Origin: Candidatus Shapirobacteria bacterium
Lineage (GTDB): Bacteria; Patescibacteriota; Microgenomatia; UBA12405
Direction of reading: 5' to 3'
NCBI GenBank assembly: GCA_041659325.1
Contig: JBAZYN010000003.1
Location: forward strand, 7,296-71,295
DNA length: 64,000 nt
Below, in pieces: positions 37,484-46,600 of this stretch. The notes below the pieces were generated by a model. It searched no databases and had not been told where the DNA came from. It saw only the letters and a program-made list of their open reading frames with translations. Position 1 is the first letter of the stretch. The number at the start of each line of letters is the position of its first letter. The position numbers were made by a program, and so were the translations under genes.

Positions 37484-38155
37484 CTAAGAAACCGGTTTGA
37501 TTAGACGGGGATCATTTTCAGAGGAACGATTGAGACGATCGGAGACTTGGGTGGAGAGCATGGAAGAGGGCGAAAAGGGCTTTAAAAGAGCTAAAAGAGA
37601 GTCCGGAGATGTTTTATCATCGAGCCATGTTTTCTCGCTCTGGGGTTTTAAAATTACCGGCATACGGTCGTGAATGGGGCTGATAAGCTGATTTGAGTCA
37701 GTCGTAATAATAGTATAAGTTTGAAGTTTGACACCGTTTGGATCTGTCCATTCTTCCCAAAGACCGGCAAAGGCTAGAAGCGGCTGATCTTTGAGAGTGT
37801 AATAAAAGGGGGTTTTCTTTTTGTTTTTTGTTTCCCATTCATAAAAACCACTGGCGGGAACCAGACAGCGTTGGCGGCGAAAGGCACTCCGATAAGAAGG
37901 CTTAACAGAAACCGTATCTGCCCGGGCGTTGATCATCCTAAAGCCTATTTTGGAATCTTTGGCCCAGGATGGGACCAAACCCCAGCGCATAAGAGAGAAA
38001 TGATTGCCCCTTTCCCCGGAGGTGATAATGGGCATAAACTGACCGGGAGAAACGTTGAAATTAGCCTGTAAATCCAATCCCCCCTCGTCTTTGGGATCAA
38101 GAGAAAACCTGTCAAAAAAATCTTGGCCGGGATAAAAGGCATATCGCCCACACAT
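37484..38155 (-). CDS. SOS-response-associated peptidase (SRAP/YedK, abasic-site processing protein)
   Basis: Start corrected to MCGRYAFY (Cys2 after Met is the SRAP catalytic residue); the ORF-track TTG start lies inside the promoter box TGTTACACT, which ends 5 nt before this ATG. Confidence 0.8.
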   Translation of the reverse strand: MCGRYAFYPGQDFFDRFSLDPKDEGGLDLQANFNVSPGQFMPIITSGERGNHFSLMRWGLVPSWAKDSKIGFRMINARADTVSVKPSYRSAFRRQRCLVPASGFYEWETKNKKKTPFYYTLKDQPLLAFAGLWEEWTDPNGVKLQTYTIITTDSNQLISPIHDRMPVILKPQSEKTWLDDKTSPDSLLALLKPFSPSSMLSTQVSDRLNRSSENDPRLIKPVS

Positions 38156-38213
38156 GAGATAGTGTAACAAATGGCGGACGACTACTTATTTTCTAATAAA
38201 AGGCACGCCGGAT

Positions 38214-38702
38214 TTACTTGTTTCCTTGGGGCAAACTCTCGCAGGCATCACCATCTTTGTTGCCGTCCAACCTATTTACGTCGTTACCGACACCACCGAC
38301 TTTTAGAAAGAACTTTTGGGCTTCGGGCTGAGTGGAAAAATCGTCACAATTATACTCATCGGCTTTCTTGCCTTTTGAAGAATCGGTGGTAATTTCACCA
38401 AATTTATCAAATAAAATGTTGCCGGCAGAATCCCTGGTAACCTTTGATTGCTCAAATGATTTTGTTTGCCAAAGTTTTCCCAAATCCCAATCGTTTTGAG
38501 AAAATTCAAGGCCAAAAGCCCCCAATAAAGCGACAAAGGCAATTACCAATACCAGTCTTAGTTTTTCGAAAAATATAAAAAGAATAGCAACGATAACAAG
38601 AAGAGCGCCGATGAACCACAATCTGGTCTTGCGGTTTCCGCGGAGCGTTTGAAATTTTGAGGGACTTTTTTCACTTACATCGACATTTTTTTCTTTTGGC
38701 AT
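38214..38702 (-). CDS. membrane protein with C-terminal Excalibur calcium-binding domain
   Basis: TM segment then YNCDDFSTQPEAQKFF...DGNKDGDACE (DxDxDGxxCE Excalibur signature); TGTTATAAC 6 nt before ATG. Confidence 0.65.
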   Translation of the reverse strand: MPKEKNVDVSEKSPSKFQTLRGNRKTRLWFIGALLVIVAILFIFFEKLRLVLVIAFVALLGAFGLEFSQNDWDLGKLWQTKSFEQSKVTRDSAGNILFDKFGEITTDSSKGKKADEYNCDDFSTQPEAQKFFLKVGGVGNDVNRLDGNKDGDACESLPQGNK

Positions 38703-38793
38703 ATGTAAGTTATAACACCGGAGGATGAGGATAACAACAAGTTTACGAAAAATATTGCCGGAAAAATATCGTATTTAAAACTTGATGCAAAAA

Positions 38794-39252
38794 TTAAAGA
38801 CTTTTTCTATAGTAACTCAAACAACAACCTTTGGGGAAATCTTCTAGTTTTCCGTAAAGTTTATAGCCCAATTTTTCATAAAATTCTGGTGCCTGCCAGG
38901 TAAAAGTATTGGTATAAGAAAAAGTACAGCCCCTTTTTGTCCCTTCTGCTTCGACGGCTGCCATTAACTTTCTCCCCCACCCCTGTTTCCTAATTGATTC
39001 GTCTACCCACAAAGAATCAATCTCCATCCCATTCCACAAAACTGAGGCAAGAACACAGCCTAATAATTTATCACTTTGGTCCCGCAAGACTATGGAGAAA
39101 ACATCTTTTTTCCTAGGATGCCCTTTGCTAGCATGGTATGCCAACATCCCATCTACTAAGATTTTCCTATCTTCTTCTTTTAAATCCCCATCTTGAAACA
39201 CCAGCTTGTATTCATTCATATCCAAATCATACACCATTGAAGTTGCGGACAT
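38794..39252 (-). CDS. GNAT-family acetyltransferase
   Basis: RKQGWGRKLMAAVEAE motif A. Confidence 0.7.
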   Translation of the reverse strand: MSATSMVYDLDMNEYKLVFQDGDLKEEDRKILVDGMLAYHASKGHPRKKDVFSIVLRDQSDKLLGCVLASVLWNGMEIDSLWVDESIRKQGWGRKLMAAVEAEGTKRGCTFSYTNTFTWQAPEFYEKLGYKLYGKLEDFPKGCCLSYYRKSL

Positions 39253-39304
39253 GAAGGTCCGGGGGTAATCGGATGGAGTGATTTTGGAGGTAAGGGGGCG
39301 AGTT

Positions 39305-39742
39305 TTATAACTTTTTGATTAGGCCAACCCGTGAGTGTCCGGAAGAGTAAAAATCTTCGAAGGTAGCAAAGATTTGGTAACCTTGTTTTTGGTAAAAAGA
39401 CGATGCCTCGTAGTCGGCCGTCCAGGTCCAAATATATTTGATGCCGAGTAATTTTATTTTTTCTTCGAGTAGACCTAAAAGCTTTTTGCCCAAACCTCGT
39501 TTTCGGTATGCTTTTTCAACTAAAAGATCACTTAGATAAAAGTATGGCGCATATCCATTTTCGATTTTTTGGGCTAAGCCACTTGAGCAACCAACAAATA
39601 ATTCATTGTCGGTGGCGACAAATCCATGGCGTTGCTGGGTTTCCGGCGGATTACCAAATTCCAACCCATGTTCATCAAAAGCGGCCTGTTCCCGCTTGAA
39701 CTCTGAGTCGGTCATATCACGATCGTCAAATTTGATGGTCAT
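39305..39742 (-). CDS. GNAT-family acetyltransferase
   Basis: RKRGLGKKLLGLLEEKIKLLG motif A; TGATAGACT promoter box 7 nt before ATG. Confidence 0.75.
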   Translation of the reverse strand: MTIKFDDRDMTDSEFKREQAAFDEHGLEFGNPPETQQRHGFVATDNELFVGCSSGLAQKIENGYAPYFYLSDLLVEKAYRKRGLGKKLLGLLEEKIKLLGIKYIWTWTADYEASSFYQKQGYQIFATFEDFYSSGHSRVGLIKKL

Positions 39743-39874
39743 ATGAGTTAGTCTATCAAAAGTTTGGCGGAGAGCTTCGGTTAGTCTTACAAACTTCTTA
39801 CCTTTTTTTACTATAACACTTGGAAAACTTGGCCATAATCAGGGTGAAATTAATAATTAATAAATGGAGGTCAA

Positions 39875-40117
39875 ATGAGCATTTTAGTTTGGATAATTTT
39901 TGGAGCGATAGTCGGCTGGATTGCCGATTTAATAATGAAGGGAAATCATGGAACGGTGGAAGATATAATTTTGGGAATTGTGGGAGCGTTTTTGGGAGGA
40001 CTTATTATGAACATGATTGGGCAACCCGGAGTGACCGGATTTGATTTGTACAGCATAATGGTGGCGGTGATTGGCGCGGTGGTCGTAATATTCTTGGGCA
40101 GAGCTTTACATAGATAG
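39875..40117 (+). CDS. GlsB/YeaQ/YmgE-family transglycosylase-associated membrane protein
   Basis: MSILVWIIFGAIVGWIADLIMKG...GIVGAFLGGLIMN; GGAGG SD upstream. Confidence 0.8.
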   Translation: MSILVWIIFGAIVGWIADLIMKGNHGTVEDIILGIVGAFLGGLIMNMIGQPGVTGFDLYSIMVAVIGAVVVIFLGRALHR

Positions 40118-40148
40118 TTTTTAATTTAATAATTTATAAGGAGTAAAA

Positions 40149-40361
40149 ATGGACGGAGAAACAATAAAAAATCATAAAAAAAAGAGTGTGGCGATGGGCA
40201 TTATTTCGACGGCGGCCGGAATAGGGTTGGTGATTGCAGCAACCAGAGCTTTGAGGAATAAAAATAATCGGAAAAAAATTGCCACCAAAATGACCGAGGT
40301 AAAAAATAAGGTTAGCCAGGCAATGAAAACCGATAGAAAAATATTACCCAAAACGCAGTAA
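40149..40361 (+). CDS. small membrane protein
   Basis: 70 aa, one TM, AAGGAG SD. Confidence 0.4.
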   Translation: MDGETIKNHKKKSVAMGIISTAAGIGLVIAATRALRNKNNRKKIATKMTEVKNKVSQAMKTDRKILPKTQ

Positions 40362-40421
40362 TATATGGTGCCAATCGGCTATCGGGGGTAAATAAATAAG
40401 TATTTATTAAGCGTAACCTGA

Positions 40422-41105
40422 CTAGTCACATACGAGATTTTTTCGGCAGGTTGACTTGAGGTCGTCCGACCCGGCCCCCTCACAGATTTGGCAAATTCTT
40501 TTTAGTTCGTCGGTGATTGTTGAATTAATATCGGCGGAGTCTACAAACTGGAAATCGAAAGGCACTTCAAAGACGGGATCGACATCATCCCAGTCTGAAC
40601 ACAGGTGATCACCGGATAACGGCGCGCTACCAAAACGTTTTAAGACACCAAGTTCGGAGATATCGACGTTAAATCTAAAATCCGATAGTTTCATTTTTTG
40701 CCCTGACGGGTTTTCGGGTTTTGGTCCACCGTAATAAATCGGCGGATTCCACACATAGACCTGGCCACCATCATAAAATATTTGGGTTTTGAAAGAATTT
40801 TCTTCGGAAGTGGCACTGATGCGATAATCAGCTCTAATTTTGTCCCCGGACATATAAGTAAAAAGCTCGATGGTTGATTTGGGACTAATGACAACACTCT
40901 GGCATTTTATTATTTTTTGAGGTTTAATCTCATCGGTATCGGCAAGTTTGGTCTCGGTGGCGGGAGATTTTTGGATAGTTTCGGGCGGGGTAACTTTTTT
41001 TGAAAAAAACGATTTGTATAAGAAATAGAGAGCCAAAAGCAGGAATAGTAATAGAAATATGATCAGCCACTTGGGATTTTTTTTGTTTTCTTTGGTGTCT
41101 TCCAT
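40422..41105 (-). CDS. membrane-anchored extracytoplasmic protein, unknown function
   Basis: N-terminal TM (WLIIFLLLFLLLALYFLY), Cys-containing C-terminal domain; TACAAT 6 nt before ATG. Confidence 0.5.
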   Translation of the reverse strand: MEDTKENKKNPKWLIIFLLLFLLLALYFLYKSFFSKKVTPPETIQKSPATETKLADTDEIKPQKIIKCQSVVISPKSTIELFTYMSGDKIRADYRISATSEENSFKTQIFYDGGQVYVWNPPIYYGGPKPENPSGQKMKLSDFRFNVDISELGVLKRFGSAPLSGDHLCSDWDDVDPVFEVPFDFQFVDSADINSTITDELKRICQICEGAGSDDLKSTCRKNLVCD

Positions 41106-41239
41106 ATGCTTATTGTACTACGGCAAAGTATTTTAGAGCGGAAAAATATATTATCTCTTTTCTTACATTATATTTGCACGACTTTTATTTCTATGACAGA
41201 AAATTGATTAAAGTTTTAATTATTAATTAATTTAAAAAT

Positions 41240-41443
41240 ATGGCAACAATTGTCAATACTCCCTCTTCGGGGGAATCGAGTGGCGGTATGGGAATGTTTT
41301 TGACCGCAGTTTTGGTTATCGGTCTTATTTTGGTGGTGGGATATTTTCTGCTACCGGCAATAAGGCAGGGGGGGCAGACTAACACGCCTTCGATCCAAAT
41401 CCCGGAGGAAGTGGATATAAATATTAATCAACCAACCCAGTAA
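41240..41443 (+). CDS. small membrane protein
   Basis: 67 aa, one TM. Confidence 0.35.
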   Translation: MATIVNTPSSGESSGGMGMFLTAVLVIGLILVVGYFLLPAIRQGGQTNTPSIQIPEEVDININQPTQ

Positions 41444-41545
41444 AAAACTAGCAAGGTGGTAGGTCTCTTACCGATTTATTACTAAATCTTTGTAATTTAT
41501 TAATGGGGCGAAATTATATTGGAGTATTAAAATTTTATTTAAAAT

Positions 41546-41887
41546 ATGGAGATGTTGGTAGGATTTCTGGTGTATAGTCTGGCAGTATATATAACTTCGT
41601 ATGTTTTACCGGGGATTGTGATTAAAGACTTTTTTACGTCGGTAGTGGTTGCGTTGGTGTTGGGTTTGGTAAACACTTTTATCAGGCCGGTGTTTTTGTT
41701 TTTTACATTTCCAATAACTATTTTGACGTTTGGACTGTTTGTATTTGTAGTAAATGCCCTAATGGTGCTTTTGGTGGACGCTCTGATTCCGGATTTTGAG
41801 GCAAAAAGTTTTTGGTGGGCACTGGCTTTTAGTGTGGTTTTATCAATCGTCAGTTCACTGATATTTTCGGTAACTAAGGTTAAATAA
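41546..41887 (+). CDS. DUF360/phage-holin-4_2-like membrane protein
   Basis: 113 aa, 3-4 TM, pattern YvlD-like. Confidence 0.45.
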   Translation: MEMLVGFLVYSLAVYITSYVLPGIVIKDFFTSVVVALVLGLVNTFIRPVFLFFTFPITILTFGLFVFVVNALMVLLVDALIPDFEAKSFWWALAFSVVLSIVSSLIFSVTKVK

Positions 41888-41941
41888 AATAACCAACGTA
41901 ACAAACAAAAATAATATAACAAATTATAATTATTTAGGCAT

Positions 41942-43546
41942 ATGAAAAAAACAATTTTATTTTTTTTGATAATTTTAATAATTATCGCGGCGGGTTTTCT
42001 TTTTGCTCCGAAAAATGAGGGCCAACCGAGTATCGTCAAAGAAGAGCCGGTACCGGGGGTGGATGTAAAACTGGTGGCCGAGGGTTTTGTGTCACCGGTG
42101 GCTTTGGTGCCGGCAAACGACGGGACTAAGCGGATGTTTCTGGTTGACCAAATTGGCTTGATAAAAGTGATAGATGCGGAGGGGAAGGTGCTCGAAAATA
42201 ATTTTTTGGATTTGCAGAATAAATTGGTAACACTGTCGCAAAATTATGACGAGAGAGGGCTGCTGGGATTGGCTTTTCATCCTAGCTTTAGGGAAAACGG
42301 CCGGTTGTTTGTCTATTACAGCGCGCCGTTGAGAAGCGGGGTGACCGGAGATTGGAACCATACCAGTATTCTGTCGGAATTTATGGTTGATAAGAACAAC
42401 CCCAATATGGCGGATCCAAATTCGGAAAAGGTCATTCTTCAGATTGACCAGCCCCAATCAAACCACAACGGCGGACATATCACTTTTGGGCCTGAAGGTT
42501 TATTGTACATTCCCCTGGGAGACGGCGGGGCAGCGAATGACGTGGGGCTAGGCCATGCGGAAATTGGCAACGGCCAGGACATTACCACCATGTTGGGGAA
42601 AATTCTGCGGATTGATGTCGATAAAGGCAGCCCATATACCATACCCGAAGATAATCCATTTGTGGACAAAGAAGGGCTAGATGAGATATATGCTTACGGA
42701 CTAAGAAACCCCTATCATATTTCTTTTGACTCGGGAGGAAATAAAGAGCTTTTTGCCGCCGACGCGGGGCAGGATTTGTGGGAAGAGGTAAATATCGTGA
42801 CAAAGGGGGGGAACTATGGCTGGAATATCAGAGAGGGCAGCCATTGCTTTGACCCGTCGAATGCGGAGCAATCAGCGGTGACTTGCCTGAGCACAGGACT
42901 TAACGGTGAGCCGCTTTTGAATCCGATTATTGAATATGGCCATATGGGAGAGGGCGGAGGAAAGGCGATTGTGGGCGGATATGTTTATCGGGGGGAGGCA
43001 ATAAAGGAACTTAATGGGGATTATGTTTTTGCCGACTGGAGTCGTGACTTTACAAAGGGTGACGGCAGCCTGTTTGCGGCAAGTTTGGATAATGGGAATT
43101 GGTCTTTGAGAGAATTAAAAATTTCTAATGGTCAGAATAGCCGCTTGGGACTATTTATAAAAGGAATGGGCCAGGATGAGGATAACGAGTTGTATCTACT
43201 AACGACAGGGACACTCGGCCCTTCGGGCGAGAGTGGAAAAATATTTAAAATTTTATCGCCGGGAAGTGCAAGTACCGGTGAAAACAAGGAGGCAGAAATG
43301 GAGGAAGAGAAGGTAAGGATTAAAAATTTTAAGTTTGAGCCGGAGACGATAACTATACCCAAGGGGACAAAAGTTACCTGGGCGAATGAAGATTCGACTC
43401 CGCACACAATTGCCAGTCAGGGAAATTTTGAGTCGAATACTTTTGATCAGGGAGAAACGTTTAGTTTTACTTTTGAGGAAACCGGAGAGTTTGACTATAT
43501 TTGCGGCATACACCCGGAGATGAAAGGTAAGGTAATAGTGGAGTAA
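41942..43546 (+). CDS. PQQ-dependent sugar dehydrogenase (soluble glucose/sorbosone DH family) fused to C-terminal cupredoxin domain
   Basis: GLLGLAFHPSF..GRLFVYY, HNGGHITFGPEGLLYIPLGDGG beta-propeller motifs; C-terminal H..C..H..M copper site (STPHTIAS...CGIHPEMKGKV). Confidence 0.8.
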   Translation: MKKTILFFLIILIIIAAGFLFAPKNEGQPSIVKEEPVPGVDVKLVAEGFVSPVALVPANDGTKRMFLVDQIGLIKVIDAEGKVLENNFLDLQNKLVTLSQNYDERGLLGLAFHPSFRENGRLFVYYSAPLRSGVTGDWNHTSILSEFMVDKNNPNMADPNSEKVILQIDQPQSNHNGGHITFGPEGLLYIPLGDGGAANDVGLGHAEIGNGQDITTMLGKILRIDVDKGSPYTIPEDNPFVDKEGLDEIYAYGLRNPYHISFDSGGNKELFAADAGQDLWEEVNIVTKGGNYGWNIREGSHCFDPSNAEQSAVTCLSTGLNGEPLLNPIIEYGHMGEGGGKAIVGGYVYRGEAIKELNGDYVFADWSRDFTKGDGSLFAASLDNGNWSLRELKISNGQNSRLGLFIKGMGQDEDNELYLLTTGTLGPSGESGKIFKILSPGSASTGENKEAEMEEEKVRIKNFKFEPETITIPKGTKVTWANEDSTPHTIASQGNFESNTFDQGETFSFTFEETGEFDYICGIHPEMKGKVIVE

Positions 43547-43577
43547 AATATAAAGCAGAATATTTATTAAAAAAATC

Positions 43578-44162
43578 ATGAAAAAATATAGTGAAGCAAA
43601 AAAATATAACTTTTCGGAGCTAAAGGGAATTTCCCAAAAAACCATGGATGAACACTATGGGAAACTTTATAGCGGCTATGTCAAAAAATGGCAAGAGATT
43701 CAGGACCGGCTGAAGGCAACTGATAAAACAACTGCCAATGCGACATTTTCCGATTTGCGGGAAGCGAAACTGGAAGAAGGATTTGCGGCGAACGCCGTTC
43801 TATTACATGAGGCATATTTTGATATTTTGGGCGGAGACGGAGTCCCCGGGGGAGAAATCCTTCAAAAAATCTGTGACGATTTTGGGTCGTTTGAGCAGTG
43901 GCGAGATGAGTTTAAGGCACTAGGGCTGACGGCCCGAGGGTGGGTGATATTGGCTTTTGATTTTAACGACGGTAAATTACGTAACTATATCGCCGATGTC
44001 CACAACCAGGGCGGGATTTGGGGTGTTTCACCTGTTTTGGTAATGGACGTTTATGAACATGCTTATTTTATCGATTTCGGGGCTGACCGGAAAAGCTACA
44101 TTGAAGCCTTTTTCCAGAACGTGAAGTGGGAAATTGTGAATAAAAAATTTGAGAAATACTAA
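43578..44162 (+). CDS. Fe/Mn superoxide dismutase family protein (divergent)
   Basis: All four metal ligands align with E. coli SodB: EHYGK, LLHEAYF, DVYEHAYF; C-terminal GWVIL. Confidence 0.65.
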   Translation: MKKYSEAKKYNFSELKGISQKTMDEHYGKLYSGYVKKWQEIQDRLKATDKTTANATFSDLREAKLEEGFAANAVLLHEAYFDILGGDGVPGGEILQKICDDFGSFEQWRDEFKALGLTARGWVILAFDFNDGKLRNYIADVHNQGGIWGVSPVLVMDVYEHAYFIDFGADRKSYIEAFFQNVKWEIVNKKFEKY

Positions 44163-44181
44163 AAAGAGAAGGAGGTGAGAT

Positions 44182-44448
44182 ATGAAAAAAACAAAAAGAC
44201 ACCTGACGACAGCAGAAGCAAAACTTATCGGCAAACGATTGGGCATTAAGTGGGATAAATTTGATATCCATCAGTTTGAAATAGGGATGAAAGTCGAGTT
44301 GGAGCATGGGATTATCAGCCCGCTGACAAATGTCACAAATGACGATCTGTTAACGACAGGAAAAATTGCATTGGCCCATCTAAATGAAATTCCCGACTAT
44401 TATACCCGCCTTTTAAAAATGGAAAAAGAAGCCGAGAAACAAAAATAA
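44182..44448 (+). CDS. hypothetical protein
   Basis: 88 aa; GGAGG SD. Confidence 0.45.
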   Translation: MKKTKRHLTTAEAKLIGKRLGIKWDKFDIHQFEIGMKVELEHGIISPLTNVTNDDLLTTGKIALAHLNEIPDYYTRLLKMEKEAEKQK

Positions 44449-44485
44449 TCACACCGATCGCTTGTTAGAATCGATCTGAAGGAAT

Positions 44486-44785
44486 TTATAACTGAACTTC
44501 AGGTGTGGGGATGGCGGTTGACTGAGGAACTTGGGTTTCTTGTGGATTTTGCGGGATTTGAGTGTCTTGAGGATTTTGAGGAATTTGGGTTGCCTGGGGA
44601 TTTTGCGGGACTTGAGTTGATTGTGGACTTGGTGTAGGGATGCTTGACGACCCATCATTGCTACTACTAAATATGGCAAACAAAAACATTATTACCACAA
44701 CGGCGCCGAGAATCATCCATAGGAGCGTATTATTGTTTTGGGCGGTCTGGCCTGACGGCGTGGTGTTGTAAATTTGATCAGTCAT
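44486..44785 (-). CDS. membrane-anchored protein with tandem TQ(I/V)PQNPQ repeats
   Basis: TM then 5 tandem 8-aa repeats encoded by 24-nt DNA repeats. Confidence 0.45.
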   Translation of the reverse strand: MTDQIYNTTPSGQTAQNNNTLLWMILGAVVVIMFLFAIFSSSNDGSSSIPTPSPQSTQVPQNPQATQIPQNPQDTQIPQNPQETQVPQSTAIPTPEVQL

Positions 44786-45011
44786 AAAATTTTGTTAAAT
44801 TATTAATATTAATTTATTTTTAAGTTTACTTTGACAGATAGCTCCATTCTGTAAACCAGATTACAGGATTTCCGTGATGGGGGTACCAGACTTTTTTAAT
44901 TGGAATTTCAAAATTCAGCTCCTTGGGTCATACTCAGGACAGATTGGACTGAATTTTTTTTGGGCGGGATTTATTAGATTTTAAGCTCGAAAAGCGGGAT
45001 GATTTTGAAAC

Positions 45012-45569
45012 TCATTTATCAAGCGAAAGTGTGTATAGACAGTAGGCTGTAATTGTAGAAGCGTCTTTGATTTCTCCCGACCTAATAGCTAGTTTTAGTT
45101 CTTCTTCGGATAGTATCCTGTTTTTCATATCAGCCTCTGTGCCTTCGAGATGCCTATTCCCTTCTCTTATTTCTTCTACTAAAAAAACAGAATAGCATTG
45201 TTGACTGTGTCCACAGGCAAGCCATACTTTGCCAAGATTCTTTAACCTGCCAGCTTGATAACCTGTTTCTTCTTCGAATTCTCTTCGAGCAGCATCTTCC
45301 GGAGTTTCATCACCTACGATACTTCCTTGGGAAAATTCTAACGACCGATCTCCGACCGGGTAACGATCTTGTTCGACTAATACGAATTTATTATTTATCT
45401 TTGAAATTATCACAACAAAATCTTTTTTTACTAAAACATCGTATTCGCCGGGGTTGCCGTCTGGTCTAATTACTTCATCGTGTCTCAAAGCCAACCATTT
45501 ACTTTCGTATACAAACTTTTGGGAAACTGTTTTCCAATTTGTTGCTTTATTCATAACAAATTGTAGCAA
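45012..45569 (-). CDS. NUDIX hydrolase (ADP-ribose pyrophosphatase-like)
   Basis: Nudix box GSIVGDETPEDAARREFEEETGY. Confidence 0.8.
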   Translation of the reverse strand: MLQFVMNKATNWKTVSQKFVYESKWLALRHDEVIRPDGNPGEYDVLVKKDFVVIISKINNKFVLVEQDRYPVGDRSLEFSQGSIVGDETPEDAARREFEEETGYQAGRLKNLGKVWLACGHSQQCYSVFLVEEIREGNRHLEGTEADMKNRILSEEELKLAIRSGEIKDASTITAYCLYTLSLDK

Positions 45570-45718
45570 ATGTCTAAAGTCTGAAATCGTTCTTTTTTAA
45601 TGCCCTAATAGTACAATGGCTCCGGAGATCGAGCCCTTCAACTACGTTCGGGGTAAACTAGCTCAGGACAAGCCCTTCGACTCAAAAGATTTTTTATTTT
45701 GGCTGGCGGGTGAGCAAA

Positions 45719-46162
45719 TTAATGGGTCGGTCTATTGAAAGTTCTTAGCACCCGTTCTTGATCCAAATCACTCGTCCAGTCGAGCTGCCGATCGGCTAAT
45801 AAAGCCACACTCCTATTTATCTTATCTTCTTCACTTAACATAACCTGAGCATAACCTCTACCTCTATTTTTTATTATGTGTTCCAACAAATCGGATGTCG
45901 GCCTATCTAAAGCCTCATCGGGTAAAATCAAAATAAACTTTGCAATATCAATAAAGTGTCTTAGTTTTTCCGGAGGAAGATTGGCTAGTTGGCCTTGTCT
46001 TGCAATAAAAATTCCCATTGCAGATACTTCCTGTTGAAATTTTTCTGCTTGCCCGCTTCTTAGATCAGAATGTATAAGTAAAATTCCGCCAGGCAATTGG
46101 GCTTCAATTTCACCTAATTTTGTTTCGGGTCTTGGCTCTGCCATGTATTTATTATAAGGCAA
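45719..46162 (-). CDS. hypothetical protein
   Basis: 147 aa, no motif recognised. Confidence 0.35.
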   Translation of the reverse strand: MPYNKYMAEPRPETKLGEIEAQLPGGILLIHSDLRSGQAEKFQQEVSAMGIFIARQGQLANLPPEKLRHFIDIAKFILILPDEALDRPTSDLLEHIIKNRGRGYAQVMLSEEDKINRSVALLADRQLDWTSDLDQERVLRTFNRPTH

Positions 46163-46600
46163 AAGCTATAGTCTGTGCCACCCCTGATTTTGATATAAAA
46201 GCCCTGGGTGAAATATTGGCAAGATAAGACTTAATATCGCCTTTTTAAGCCCCGGCACAAGTGGGACCTTCGACTGCGTTCAGGGCAGATGAATTTTGGG
46301 GTAAATAGCGCCGCGTCCAGGTAAATAATTATTGTCCTTTTTCTTACATTGTATTTGAAGGATTCTTAGTATTTTGTAAGAGAATAGCGAATAAATATAT
46401 TATTATTTTATTCTAAATGATGAGGTGGGAGGTAAAACCTAATATTCCCTCAATATAATTGCCAGACAAAGTCGAAAACATACGAAAGATTTTTGGGGGT
46501 GAGATTAAACAATGTTTGTAACTCTAATTACTTTAATTTTGCTAGCAAAATTACTGTTTGCCCCAAGAGTATATAGGTATACTAGATTTCTCCAATTTAT

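Noticed and set aside
38171-38392. 73-aa His/Arg-rich ORF
   Set aside because: Antisense to the Excalibur-domain gene; low-complexity artefact.
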